From an uncultured Gemmatimonadales bacterium (GTDB lineage: Bacteria > Gemmatimonadota > Gemmatimonadetes > Longimicrobiales > RSA9): a DNA stretch of 64,000 bases. Each line of letters starts with the position of its first letter. Within the stretch, counting starts at the first letter, position 1. Under the pieces are notes generated by a model, which was given only the letters and a program-made list of their open reading frames with translations, made no database searches and was not told the origin of the DNA. The position numbers and the translations under genes are program-made. The DNA is taken from NCBI GenBank assembly GCA_963783305.1, contig CAWAMW010000016.1, positions 192,001 to 256,000 on the forward strand, in the 5' to 3' direction. This document shows, piece after piece, positions 38,560-50,965 of the stretch.

Positions 38560-41500
38560 CTAGAACGGCGCCGGGAGGCGGACGAGCACCGGGTGCTCCC
38601 GCCCGTCGTCCACCAGGGGGATCTCCGGGCCATCGAGCACACGCCCGTCCAGCGTCACCTCGGCCCGGGTACCGTCGCCGAACCTGCCGGGCTCTTCCAC
38701 GACGATCGTGTACAACGCCGTGCCGAAGCGGTAGTCGATGGTCAGTTCCGGCCAGTCGAGCGGGACGCGCGGCGCGATGCGCAGCACGTCACCGCGTCGG
38801 TCGAAGCCGAGGATGGCCTCGAGGCCGACCCGGTACATCCAGCCCGCGGCTCCGGTGTACCAGGTCCAGCCGCCCCGGCCGACGTGTCCGGGCGCGGTAT
38901 AGACATCCGCCGCGATGACGTAGGGCTCGACCTTGTAGGTGGCGATCTCGTCCGGGGTCCGGGTGCGCAGCAGTGGATTGAGCATCTGGAACAGCTCGAA
39001 CGCGCGGCCGCCTCTGCCCGAGCGCGCGGTGGCGAGGACGGCCCAGGCGGCGGCGTGCGTGTACTGGGCGCCGTTCTCCCGCACGCCGGGCACGTACCCC
39101 TTGATGTACCCGGGATCGTTCGGCGATTCATCGAACGGGGGCGTGAGGAGCCGGATGAGCCGGGCGTCCTCGTCCACCAGGTGCTCCTCGAGTGCGCGCA
39201 TGGCGCGGGCCTGGCGCTCCGGCGCGCCGGCACCAGAGATCACGCTCCAGCTCTGCGCGATGGAGTCGATGCGGCATTCGTCGTTTCGGCTGGAGCCGAG
39301 CGGTGTGCCGTCGTCAAAGAACGCCCGCAGGTACCAGGCGCCGTCCCAGCCGTGGGTCTCCGCAGCCGCCACGTACGCATCGGCCTGGCCGCGCAGTTCG
39401 CCGGCGACGTCGTCATCGCCGTGCTCCGCGGCGCGGATGGCGAACGAGCGCAGGGTCGCGATGAGGAACCACGCGAGCCATACGCTCTCGCCGCGCCCCT
39501 CCACGCCGACCCGGTTCATCCCGTCGTTCCAGTCGCCCGTGCCGATCAGGGGCAGGCCGTGGGGGCCGGACGTGCACGCGCGCCGGAGGGCGCGCAGGCA
39601 GTGCTCGTAGACGCTGCCGTGCTCGTCGCTGATGCCGGGCAGGTCGTAGATCTCGTCCTCGCCCGGCTCGAGCGGGCGCATGGTCAGGAATGGTACGTAC
39701 TCGTCGAGCACCGAGGCGTCGCCGGTCCGGGTCACGTACTCGTCGACGACCCAGGGCAGCCAGGCCAGGTCGTCGGAGAAGCGGGTGCGCACGCCGGCGC
39801 CCGTGTGCGGGTGCCACCAGTGCTGGACGTCGCCCTCGAGGAACTGGCGGGCGGCGGCGCGCAGGATGTGGCCACGCGCCAGCGCCGGCTCGGCATGGAC
39901 GACGGCAAGCGAGTCCTGGAGCTGGTCGCGGAAGCCGTAGGCGCCGCTGCTCTGATAGAGAGCGGATCGCGCCCACATTCGGCAGCTCAGCGTCTGGTAA
40001 GGCAGCCAGCGGTTGAGCAGCGCGTCGAACGCCGGGTCAGGCGTACGGATGGTGATGACCGAAAGGCGCCGACGCCACTGCTCGACGGTGCGACCGGCCG
40101 CCGCCTTGGCGTCGTCGAGGCTGCGGAATCGGGTCACGAGTCGGCGTGCTTCCACCTCAGTGCCGGCCGCGCCGAGGGACACGACCACCTCGCGGGACTC
40201 GCCGGGAGCAAGCACGAGGACGCACTGGAGCGCGGCACACGGGTCGAGACCGGCGCCGGTCGCCCCCGAGAGATCGCGGCCCCGGAGTGCGGCGGGCCCC
40301 TGCACACTCCCGTTCCGTCCGAGGAAAGCGCGGCGATCCCCCGTGTGACCGGTCACTGGCTCGCTCAGCGCGCAGAACGCGACGTGCTCGTTGAACTGCG
40401 GGTCGAAGTGGTTGCGGGCGAAGACCGCGCCGAGCTCGGGCTCGAACGCGGTGTGCACGTGGTGCTGCGTGCGCTCGCGCTGCGCGCCGAGCGTCCATTC
40501 CACGTACGCGGTCAGCCGGATACGGCGCTCGACGGCGTCGCGATTCGTGACCCGAAGCACCGACAGCCGCACCGGTTCGTCGTCGGCCATGCCGAGCGTG
40601 AGGCGGGTGGCGATGCCGTTTCGCTCGGCCTCGAAGACCGACGCGCCGGCGCGGTGCCGGACGGTGTACTCGGTGTCGTGCCCGAGCGGCGCGGGCGTGG
40701 CGCTCCACGTATCGCCGGACGCCTCGTCCTGGAGGTAGAGAACGTCGGAGATCGGGTCGCTGACCGGATCGTTGTGCCACGGCGTGAGGCGGAAGAAGTA
40801 GCTGTTCTCCACCCAGGTGCAGCCCGCCCCGCGCTCGCTGACGATGAACCCGCCGCGCTCGTGGGCGACGACGTTGACCCACGGCGCGGGCGGCACGGCG
40901 TCGCCCGCGACCCGGATCACATAGTCTCCGGTGGCGTCGAGCCCGCCCGTTCCGTTGTCGAACATGAGCCCCGCGCCGTCTGGCTCGACGTGGCGCCCGG
41001 CCGGTCGGGCCGCGGCCACGGCAGCAGGGGGCCGCCCTGCGGGCTCCTGCTGCGGTGAGTCCCCCAGGGCCGGGACGGGGCTGCGGATGTGCGTCCAGCG
41101 CTCGAGGGCGGACAGGGGCGCGGGCTGGCGCTCGAGGCCCCGCGGCGTTGCCGCCGGCGACACGGGGTCGGCGAAGCCGGCTGCCTGCCCCATGATCACC
41201 TCGTCGAGATGCGTGAGCGACCGCCCATCGCACGGGAGGATGAGCCGGGCCGTGGCGCGCAGCATGAGCAGCGTCTCCGCGTCCAGCGACTCAACGTTGC
41301 GGAGGAAGACTCCGCCGGGCCGATCGAGCTCCGTGCCGCCGATGCCGAAGAGCGTCTCCATGATCCGGTCCTGCAGCTCCTTCAGGTAGGACGTGGGCTG
41401 CGCGAACAGGACGACCAGGTCCACGACGAGGCCGCGGCGGCGCCAGAACTGGTGCGCGGCCCCGACCTGTCGTAGCGTCGGCAGCCCGTCCGCTCCATCG

Positions 41501-44500
41501 AGGGTCGCGAGGACGATGCGCCGGTCGCCGGAGAGGCCCGCGGACCAGAGCAGCGGCTGCGCGCCCCGGTTGCGGTCGACCTCCTCCGGCGTGGCGCGCA
41601 GCGCCGGGTGGGGATAGAGGAGACAGCCGGCCAGCTCCTGGAAGATGGCCGCGTCCGCCGGTGTCAGGTCGCGTTCCCGCAGCTCGACCTGGTGGGAAGT
41701 CCACGCCAGGTCGAGCGCGCGCTGGGCGGTATGCGGGTCGTGGTACCGGTCGGCCAGCTCGAACGCGCCCTTGCGCGTGGCGGCGACCAGCGTCGTGAAC
41801 GTGACCGTGGCCGACTCTCCGGCGGCGAGCCGCAGCCGCGTGCGCAGCGCGAAGATCGGGTCGAGCACGGCGCCCGTGGTTCCTGACAGCGGACCGGGAC
41901 CGTCCAGGGCGGCGGGTGCGCGCGGGGTGCGACCGCGGCCGATGAACCGGGCGCGGTCCGTCTCATAGGAGACCGGGCCGACCCGCGCGGTGCCCGCGTC
42001 CATCACGTGCACGCACCAGAGGGACGGCTCCTCCGCGGAGCGCGGCCGCCGCGTGGCGGTGAGGGCCGCACACCACTCGTGCCATTCCGTCTCGACGAAC
42101 AGGTTGGCGAACGCCGGGTGAACACGGTCGGCGTCCGGCGGACCGAGCACCACCTCGCCGTAGCTCGTGAGCTCGATCTCCCGCGGGTCATCCGCGTGGT
42201 TCGTGACCGTCACGCAGCGCACCTCCGCGCCGTCATCCGGCACCACGGTGATCTCCGTGCGCGTCTCGATGTCCCCGTCGGACCGGTTGAACGTCACGCG
42301 GTCGCTGGCGAGCAGCGCGCGATACGCGTCGGCCGGTGCGCAGACCGGCTGGTGGGCGGTGGACCACAGGCGGTCGCTGGTCACGTCCCTCACGTAGCAG
42401 AACTGGCCCATGGCGTCCGTGGTCCCGTCTGCGCGCCAGCGGGTCACCGCGACATCCTCGTACCGCGAGAATCCGGACCCCGCGTGGGTCACCATCACCG
42501 TGTACGGACGACGGCCGAGCAGCGCGACGTGCGGCCGCAGGGTGTCAGGCCGGATGAACTCCCGGACGGCCTGGCTCTCGACATCCGGGCGCGATGGCGC
42601 ACCATCGGCGCTCACTGGCCTGGCGGGGTGCAGCGCCAGGCGGCGCGGGATACGCTCATGGAGCAGGAGCTCCGCCGATCGCACGAGCGGGTCGGCGTGG
42701 AACCGTCGCTGCCACACGTCGCCGGTGAGCACGTTGGTCAACGCGGCGAGGCTCATGCCAATGTGGTGCGCCATGTAGTTGCCGACCACCGCGTGGTCCC
42801 GGTCGGGATCCGGCCGGGTGTAGTCGATGGCGTCACGGAATCCGTACGGCCCGAGCGCGGCCATCCCGGCGAGCACAGCGAGGTTGTCCAGAGCGCGGTC
42901 CGGCTCCACCTGCAGCGCCAGGGCGGAGGCGTACGGGGCGATCACCAGGTCCCGACCGAGCCCGCGCTTGAGGCCGAGGTCCGGCACACCGAACGCGCGG
43001 TACTGATAGGTGAGCTGATGATCGCGCAGGTTGTACGCGCTCTCGCTCACACCCCATGGCACATTCCGCCGGGCGCCGTGGGCGATCTGCCGCCGAACCG
43101 CGCCCCGGTACGTCTGATCGAGGAGCGTGAACGGATAGGATCGCATGATGAGCGCCGGCATCAGGTACTCGAACATGCTGCCGCTCCAGGAGACCAGCGC
43201 GGTGGCGCCCGACGCGTGGGTCAGCGACCGTCCGAGCCGGAACCAGTGGTCGAGCGGCACGTCGCTCTTGGCGACCGCCAGAAAGCTCGCGAGGCGCGAC
43301 TCCGATGCGAGCAGATCGTAGTGGGAAAGGTCGAGAGAGCGGCTGGCGTGCTGATAGCCGATGGAGAAGAGCTCGCGCTCCGTGTCGAAGAGGAACCGGA
43401 AGTCCATCTCCGCGACGTAATCGCCGGCGCGGTCGGCCAGCGCGTCCAGCCGGCCGCGCAGCTCGGGGCCTGTCGTGTCGTCTTCCCCGCCCTCGGGGCG
43501 GGCATCCAGGCAGGCCTGCCGGACGGCGAGGAGATGGCCGGCGAGGTTGCCGCTGTCCACGGTGGAGACGTAGGCCGGCTCCAGGACGCCCAGGTCGTTC
43601 AGGTCGTACCAGTTGAAGAAGTGCCCGCGGAAGCGACGCATGCGCTCCAGGGACCGGAACACCCGCTCCAGCCGCCGCGTCATGTCCTCGATGGTGATGA
43701 AGCCCAGGTCGCGGGCGCTTCCGATGGCGAGCAGCTGAAGGCCGATGTTCGTCGGCGACGTGCGCATGGCGACAGCGGCCCCGGGCTCCTCCTGGACGTT
43801 GTCCGGCACCAGCCAGTGCGTCCCGGCACTGACGTAGCGGTCGAAATAGCGCCAGTGCCGCAGCGCGAAGTCCTTCGCCGTGGCGACCTGTGCCGCTGTG
43901 AGCGGCCGCTGCCTTCGCACGCCCGATCGGCCGAGGGCATGGGCGATGGCCGGCGACGCGGCCCACAGCACGGCGAGGCAGCCGACGGCCAGCACGTCGG
44001 CCCACGCCGGCGCGCCGGAGCCAGCGTCGGAGCCGACGCCGGTCGAGCGCGCCATCGTGATCAGCGCGATGGCCACTGCGACGGCCGCCGCGGGCGCCAT
44101 GGCCCGCCACACGACCGCGCGGCCAGCACCCGCGTCGCGTTCCGCCATCGAGGCGGACTGCCACTCGAGCAGGTGCCGCTTCGTGACACCCAGCCGCCAG
44201 AGGGTGCGGATGATGGCGTCGGCCGACACCCACGCCTGGTGCGGCAGGAAGGCGATGGCCAGCACGAGCTGCTGCGCGCCCGTGCGCGCGTCGTGGCCGA
44301 CGGATGCGTAGTACGCCCGCCACGAGCGGTCGAGCGGCGGGCGCAGCGCTGCGAGCAGGAGCGAGACGATCCAAGGCGCCGCGACCGCCCCGAGCGCCAT
44401 CGTGGTCCAGCCCAGCGCCGCGCCGGGGAGCAGCATCCAGCCGGCGGCCAGAAAGAGCATGAGCCCGAGCTCCACCGTGCTGCGGCGCAGGTTGTCGAAG

Positions 44501-47065
44501 ATCTTCCAGCGGGAGAGCATCGGCAGCCGGTTGGGTTCCGGCCCGTCCGGGCCCGGCACGCTCGACGTCAGCCACCGCAGCAGCTGCCAGTCGCCCCGTG
44601 TCCAGCGGTGCTTCCGGCGAGTGAACGTGAGGTAGCGGGCGGGATAGTCGTCGTAGACGATGATGCTGGTGACGAGGCCCGCCCGCGCGTAGCTGCCCTC
44701 GATCAGGTCATGCGACAGCAGGGTGTTCTCGGGGAACCGGCCGTGCGTAGCCTGGTCGAAGACGTCGACATCGTAGATCCCCTTCCCCGTGAAGCTGCCC
44801 TCGCCGAAGAGGTCCTGGTAGACGTCCGACGTGGCGGTCGTGTAGGGGTCCACCCCCGGTTGACCGGAATGGATGGTCGAGAAGCGCGACCGGAGCGCGC
44901 TGGGCAGCGTGACGCTGACGCGCGGCTGAAGGATGCCGTAGCCCCGCACGACGCGACCCCGGTCCGGGTCGTACACGGCGCGGTTGAGCGGGTGCGCGAG
45001 CGTGCCGATGAGGTCAGCGGCGGTGCCGGGCGGCAGCACGGTATCGGCATCGAGCGTGATGACGTACCGGACGGCGCCCAGCGGCTCGACGTTGCCGGCG
45101 ATGGTGGTGAATGCGTCCCGGGCGCCGCCGCGAAGGAAGCGGTTGAACTCGGCCAGCTTGCCCCGCTTCCGCTCCCAGCCCATCCAGACGCCCTGACGCG
45201 CGTTCCAGCGTCGTGGCCGGTGAAAGAGATGGAAGGCGTCCCCACTGAGGGGCGCGTAGCGACCGTTGAGATCCTGGACGCGGGAGACGGCCGCAGCCAC
45301 GATCGCCGCGTCATCCTCGAGGGTCTCGTCGGCCGCGTCGGTGAAGTCGCTGAGGACGGCGAAATGCAGGTGCGCGCCCCGGTTGGCGAGGAACTGGACC
45401 TCGGAGATGGTCGAACGCCTCGTCGACGGCCGCGACGCTGTCGAACAGCGTGGGCACGACCACGGCGGTTCGGAGCTCCGCGGGCACCGCGTCCCGATCG
45501 CCCAGGTCGAGCCTGGGGAGCGTGCGCGGCGGAAGCAGCGCCGTGACCAGCTGGTCGACGACGGCGATGACGACGTGGCTGGCGGGGAGGAGGGCGAGGA
45601 GGAGGATCGGAATCCACACACCGCGGGCAGCGGGCCCGACCAGCCACAACACGGCGGCGAGCGCGGCGACGATCCCGGTGAGCAGGCTCGTGGCGAACGC
45701 GGCGTCCGGGTGCCGCAGCACCCATCGGTGGACAGCCTCGCGAGCCCGGGGTCGGTACCCGGTGGCGGCCTCCAGCGCGCGGAGCCCGTCGTCCACGAGG
45801 TAGTAGCCGACGTGCGAGCGGACGTCTTCCAGGCCATGGTCGTTCGACGCGGCGCGTGCGAGATCGACCGCCATCCGCGCCACATCCTCCTCCGCGTGCT
45901 CCGTCCGGCGAGCGAGGCGCTCGACCACGTGGCGGTAGTGGTCACGGGTTCCGAAGGTCATGCGGGCATGGCAGGCGCCGGGGTCGGTGCGCAGGATGGA
46001 CTCCAGCGCGCTCTGCCGCTCCACGAAGGTCCGCCAGTCCAGCTGTGCGATCGTCCGCAGGCTCGTGATGCTGTTGGCCATCATCACCTGCGTCAGCGCC
46101 AGGTGCTGCGTCGCCCGCGCCGACGCGACTTCGTCGGTCACCACTCGCTCGCTGATCCACGCCTCGATCTCCACCAGCGGGAGATACGCGCCGCGCGTCA
46201 GGCGCAACTGGTGCAGGAAGCGCGCGATGAACACTTCGGTCAGCCGCGGGGGCACACGGACAAACGCATCCAGTGCGTGGCCCAGCGCGTCCGCCCCCTG
46301 CTCGCTCGCGGTCTCGATGCGCAGCGCCCACGCGTCCGCCTCCTCGATCTCCCGCATCCGCTGCATGGTACGCAACGTCATGCGCCGCACGCTTTCGATC
46401 AGCGCGATCCGGAACATGGCGGGCAGCGCCCACAGCTCGCCGATCGTGAGGGGTGTGACCGACTGGTAGGCGGAGACGAAGAGGTCCAGGTTGTCGACGT
46501 CGATGCGCGCTTCGGAGTGCGAGATCAACGCGATGGCCAGCTCGTACACGCGAGGGTATCCGGCCAGCCGCCCGCTCCCGAGCTCGGGCAGCTCCCGGTA
46601 ATAGCCACGGGGCAGCGCCTCGTGCACCTCCCGGATCTGCTCCTGCACGACATGGAAGTTGTCCAGCAGCCATTCTCCCGCCGGTCCGACATCCACGTCC
46701 CGGGTCACGCCCGCGGTCAGGGCCGCGTGCGCATCGTCCAGGATGCGGCGAGTCTGCGACAGGCGGAGCAGGAGGGCGGCCTCCCGACGCGGACGCGCCG
46801 GGGGCGGCACGCGTTCCCGCCCCGCCACTTCCCGGGCTTTCTCGGCGAGCTGGTCGGTCCCGAGAAGCGCGCCCTGGATGGGACCGGCCAGGAGATCGTC
46901 CCGGCCGGATGTCGGGGGCGGGCGGAGGAAGGCAAGAAGGCGCGGGAGCGCTATGGCTGCATCGTCATGAAGCGCATCGTCCTTTGGCGAAGATTTTGAC
47001 CGAGCCTCATCGGCCGTACGAAGGCTACCCCGCGGGGGCGGTGAGGTTACGAGCGCCGAAAGCAC
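38560..47065 (-). pseudogene. ndvB: Cyclic beta-1,2-glucan synthase (Cgs/NdvB-like, GT84 + GH94), +1 frameshift near 45403
   Basis: EWLLDNFH, LTIGELWA, WMGWERKRGKL, ITLDADT, LQPRV, LLSHDLIEG, HRWTRGDWQ, SWSGSMFEYLMP, GAYGFRDQLQD, GDWNDGMN, ENGAQYTHAA. The halves join at CAT CTC [C] GAG GTC. Confidence 0.88.
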
Positions 47066-47506
47066 CGCCTTCCTCCGGTGACAATGAGTTCAACGATGGA
47101 AGCTGACCGCGTTCGCCTACGCGCCTACCGCGACCATGCCCACGCGCATCCCCGTGTCCGCACCAAGGCGATTCAATTCAGGCCGGCAGGCAGTTCCCGG
47201 CCTAGATCCATGGTCAGCCTGCATTCCGACGCTGTCCAGGCCTGAATCCTTTCAGATGCATCCAGAATCGAACCAGCCACGGCTTTACATACAAGTTCGC
47301 GGATGCTGAAATCGCTGCAATGACCAGGATGCCGATAAATGGAATGACAGGTCCAAATGTAAGCGTCGCGCCCAGCACATGACCCAAAATGTCGCCCGGA
47401 GAATGGCGAGTTGGTCAGCCTCTTCGCCCGCAGAGATACCTCCCGCCGCTAGGCACCTCAGCGGGGAGTCCCAGCGGTACCGCCTTGCGGCGCCCCAGCC
47501 TTGGAC

Positions 47507-48778
47507 CTATCGGGTGTGACGCAGGATGACCGGGCGGCCGAAGCTGGCGACGGCGGCCACGATGCCGAGAACGAGGAGCGGCAGCGGGTTCTCCTCCGCA
47601 AGCCGAACGATGAGCACAACGGCTGCCAGGGCGGCGCCCCCGGCACCGAGGACGGACACCCAGCGCCGCGCGCCAGACTTGGCCGCCGCCATCACGTTGA
47701 CCGTCGCGAAGGTGAACAGGAAGGCCAGGCTGGCCGCCTCGACCAGCGTCGCGAGGGAGCCGACGGCCGCGAGGGTGGCGCCCGCGGCGCCCAGCACGAT
47801 GACCGCCCGGTCGGGCACACCGGCCTGGTTCACGTGTGCGACGGCGCGGGGCATCTCGCCGTCGGCCGCAACCTCCCTGGCCAGCCGCGCCGTCGCGAAG
47901 AGCGTTGCGTTGATGGCCGAGCCCGTGGAGAACGCCGCCGCCACTGAGACGATCACGACGCCGGTGGTCCCCAGCACGGCGCGGCCCGCTTCCGCGAGCG
48001 CCACCTCCTGCTGCGCCACGACCCCGCGGGCGCCTACCAGCATCACCACGCCGAGCGCCACCGCCACGTAGACGGCGATCACGGCGACGATGGCCAAGAT
48101 GATCGCGCGCGGAAGCGTCCGATCCGGCTGCCGGATGTCCTCGTAGTCGTACGTCAGGAGCTGGAAACCCTCGTAGGCCATGAAGACCGACGCGGCGCCG
48201 ACGAGCGCGCCGCGGAGGCCGCCATCGTGAACCCCGGCCGAGAGCTGAGCCGGATGCCACCGTGCGAGGCCGAGAACCGCCAGGGCGACGAGCACGGCCA
48301 GCTTGCCCCAGACCATGACGACCTCCGCGCCCGCCGCCTCCCCCACACCCCTCAGATTCAGGATAACGAATGCCGCCATGACGGCTACGGCGCACGCGCG
48401 CGGAAACCACGGCCCCACGTCCACGACCGCAGCGAGGTAGTGCCCGAAGGTGAAGGCATAGACGGAGAGCGTCAGGACGTACCCGAAGAGGAGGACCCAG
48501 GAGAGGCTACCCGCGAAGCCCTCGCGGTGGATCTCGCGAAGGAATGTGAACGCGCCCCCGCCCTCGCCGTAGGATCGCGCGAGCCGCGCGTAGCTGTCAC
48601 CCGCGGCGAGAGCGATGAGCCCGGCGAGGACGAAGCTCAGCCACGCCCACGGACCCGCGACCGCCACCACAACGCCCAGCACGGAGAAGATCCCGCCGCC
48701 CACCATCCCACCGACGGCCATCGCCCACGTGGCGTTTAGCCCGAGCTTTTCCTCGCCGGCCGCAGCTTCGCTGCTCAT
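47507..48778 (-). CDS. APC family amino acid permease
   Basis: AVGGMVGGGIFSVLG, AYEGFQ, STGSAINATLF; about 12 TM. Confidence 0.9.
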   Translation of the reverse strand: MSSEAAAGEEKLGLNATWAMAVGGMVGGGIFSVLGVVVAVAGPWAWLSFVLAGLIALAAGDSYARLARSYGEGGGAFTFLREIHREGFAGSLSWVLLFGYVLTLSVYAFTFGHYLAAVVDVGPWFPRACAVAVMAAFVILNLRGVGEAAGAEVVMVWGKLAVLVALAVLGLARWHPAQLSAGVHDGGLRGALVGAASVFMAYEGFQLLTYDYEDIRQPDRTLPRAIILAIVAVIAVYVAVALGVVMLVGARGVVAQQEVALAEAGRAVLGTTGVVIVSVAAAFSTGSAINATLFATARLAREVAADGEMPRAVAHVNQAGVPDRAVIVLGAAGATLAAVGSLATLVEAASLAFLFTFATVNVMAAAKSGARRWVSVLGAGGAALAAVVLIVRLAEENPLPLLVLGIVAAVASFGRPVILRHTR

Positions 48779-48858
48779 CTGGCTCCGTGGGGAATCGCTG
48801 AACGGAGATCACGATGCGTCGCACCGACCTTCCGAATCAGCCGTACCCGCCGATTCAG

Positions 48859-49446
48859 CTAGGGATTCGAGCCGACCCCCTGGGCCGAATCCGTTCCCGG
48901 CTGCGGCCGACCGCCCTCCAGAACAGTGATGTTCGCTTCATCGACGACCAGGAAGATGTCCTGGTCCTCCGCCATGCGCTCGGTGTCCTGGTCGAGCGGA
49001 ACACCCGGCAGCTCTGGCAGGAACGACGCGTCGCGCAGCATCCCTCCTTCGATCCGCAGGGTCGCGCCGGGGTTGATGTCCTTCGGCTGCTCCCGGGGCT
49101 GATCGATGATGATGGCGAACAGTCGCTCGCCCTGATCCTCGATCCAGAACCCGCGGTCAGTGGGGACCTCCACCGCGGTGACCTCGGTCGCGGGGAAGCT
49201 GTCGCCCACGAACTGGCTCGGGTTGGCCAGGATGTCGCCTACGGATATTCCCTCGATGTCCGTGACCGGCTCCTGGACCGGGGCTGGTGCCACGGGTTCC
49301 ACGGTCTCGATGGTCTCGACCTCCGCCACTTCGGGTTCTCCATCGGGCCACACCCACCAGACGATCAGGATCAACGCCAGCAGGCCCAGCGCCCACCAGA
49401 GCCAGCCCATTCCACCGCGCTTACGTTCCAGGTCGATATCTGCCAT
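48859..49446 (-). CDS. Hypothetical membrane-anchored protein
   Basis: MADIDLERKRGGMGWLWWALGLLALILIVWWVW, then an acidic soluble domain; GGAGAG RBS. Confidence 0.78.
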   Translation of the reverse strand: MADIDLERKRGGMGWLWWALGLLALILIVWWVWPDGEPEVAEVETIETVEPVAPAPVQEPVTDIEGISVGDILANPSQFVGDSFPATEVTAVEVPTDRGFWIEDQGERLFAIIIDQPREQPKDINPGATLRIEGGMLRDASFLPELPGVPLDQDTERMAEDQDIFLVVDEANITVLEGGRPQPGTDSAQGVGSNP

Positions 49447-49504
49447 GGTACTCTCCTCCGTCTTCGCTTGAATGGATCGTGCGACCTACCGGCCCCGCTT
49501 CTGA

Positions 49505-50347
49505 TCACTCCCCGCCGGGAGACCGCGACCGGTAGCGCGGGTGCTCGAACTCCCGCTCGCCCTCGTACAGCCGGTCGTAATGGCTGGTCAGGCGGGTCTC
49601 GTACTCCCGGTCGATTCCAGTGCCCTCGTACGCCGGGATGCTGCCGACACGATCACGGTCGACGGCGCGTGAGAGGACCCGGTGGTGATCCGGATCCAGG
49701 TCCACGTGCCCCACCGGCATGAGGATGTGTCGATCACGCCCCAGCTCCTCGTCCAGCTCCACCGTCAGGTAGCGCGCCTTCATGGCGCCGGTGTCGCCCA
49801 GAATGTGGTCGACTTTGCCCAGCTTCTCGCCATCGACGCCGATCACTTCCCACCCGCGAGGGTCGGGCTCGTCACTCGCGACATCCACATCATCCAGCTC
49901 GTCGAGTCGGGCCAGCTTGCCGCTCGTCTGCCGCTCGGAGCGCGTTTCCCAGTCGCTCGTGTAATCGGGTCGGTCGTAATAGCGCTCGTTGGTGTACGCG
50001 TCGTTGAAGGCCGTGTTGAGTGAGCGGGTGTACTCCGAGGTGATCGCGTCCGGCCGGTGCTCGTACTCGGGGATCCCGCTCAGGCCGGCCCGATCGAGTC
50101 CTCGGATATGGACGACCTGATCCGACCGGTCGATGTGCGCCTCTCCGGTGGGGACCAGGATGTGCCGATCGCCTTCCAATCCCACGTCCAGGTACCGCGT
50201 CCTCCCGTCCTCGCCCAGCAGTACATCGTGAACTTTGCCCACCTCCCGGTCATCCACGCGGGTCCGGACTTCCCAGTCCCTGAGGTCGTGGGCGCTTTCG
50301 ACGGCCGCCGGATCGTCGTGGTCGGAAAGGGCTCGGAATCTCGCCAT
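49505..50347 (-). CDS. Tandem PRC-barrel domain protein
   Basis: Two copies: DLRDWEV...VGKVHDVL...RYLDV...HILVP and DPRGWEV...LGKVDHIL...RYLTV...HILMP. Confidence 0.87.
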   Translation of the reverse strand: MARFRALSDHDDPAAVESAHDLRDWEVRTRVDDREVGKVHDVLLGEDGRTRYLDVGLEGDRHILVPTGEAHIDRSDQVVHIRGLDRAGLSGIPEYEHRPDAITSEYTRSLNTAFNDAYTNERYYDRPDYTSDWETRSERQTSGKLARLDELDDVDVASDEPDPRGWEVIGVDGEKLGKVDHILGDTGAMKARYLTVELDEELGRDRHILMPVGHVDLDPDHHRVLSRAVDRDRVGSIPAYEGTGIDREYETRLTSHYDRLYEGEREFEHPRYRSRSPGGE

Positions 50348-50612
50348 GGTTACCGTCCTCGTCTGAAGTGCAAACAAATAAACCGGCACTCCGCTGGTGG
50401 CGGCGCTGCCGGTTGTGCCATGGCGTGCTGCGACCGCCCTGGCTGCGGGATCGACATCACGCAAGCGGCGCTCCAATGGGTGTATCCATCAGAGCACGGC
50501 CCGGCGCGAAACATGAAGAGCTCTTCACTACCCGCTCACGGACGCTTCATGAGCGAACGGTTAGGATCGGTTTCGCGATAGTGTAAATGGACGATATGGA
50601 GGGATAGATACG

Positions 50613-50912
50613 ATGGGATCACCCATGGACCTGATGAATATCCAGACCGTTCCGCTCTGGGGCCTGGCCGCACTGGGGATCAGTGCGCTCGGGACGCTGG
50701 TGGCGGCCGTGGTGGCGCTCCGCGCCCGGCGGGTGCCCGCGTGGATTCTGGCGCTGGTTCCGCTTGCGGGTGCGGCGGCCTGGGCGGCTATCACGGCGCC
50801 AGAGAACATGGTCACACTGACGGTCGCCCTGATGTCGGTGGGTCTGGCCGCGGTCCAGTTGGTTGCGGGCGCGTTCGGCCTCGCTCCGCAGCGCGTGGAC
50901 GACGAGAACTGA
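50613..50912 (+). CDS. Small hypothetical membrane protein (3 TM)
   Basis: Hydrophobic 99-aa ORF with GGAGG upstream; the start could be 50613, 50625 or 50634. Confidence 0.6.
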   Translation: MGSPMDLMNIQTVPLWGLAALGISALGTLVAAVVALRARRVPAWILALVPLAGAAAWAAITAPENMVTLTVALMSVGLAAVQLVAGAFGLAPQRVDDEN

Positions 50913-50965
50913 CGCGGACCGGTCCGGGTGGGTGACGCCGACGGTCCGCGCAGCCCCAGCCCTTG

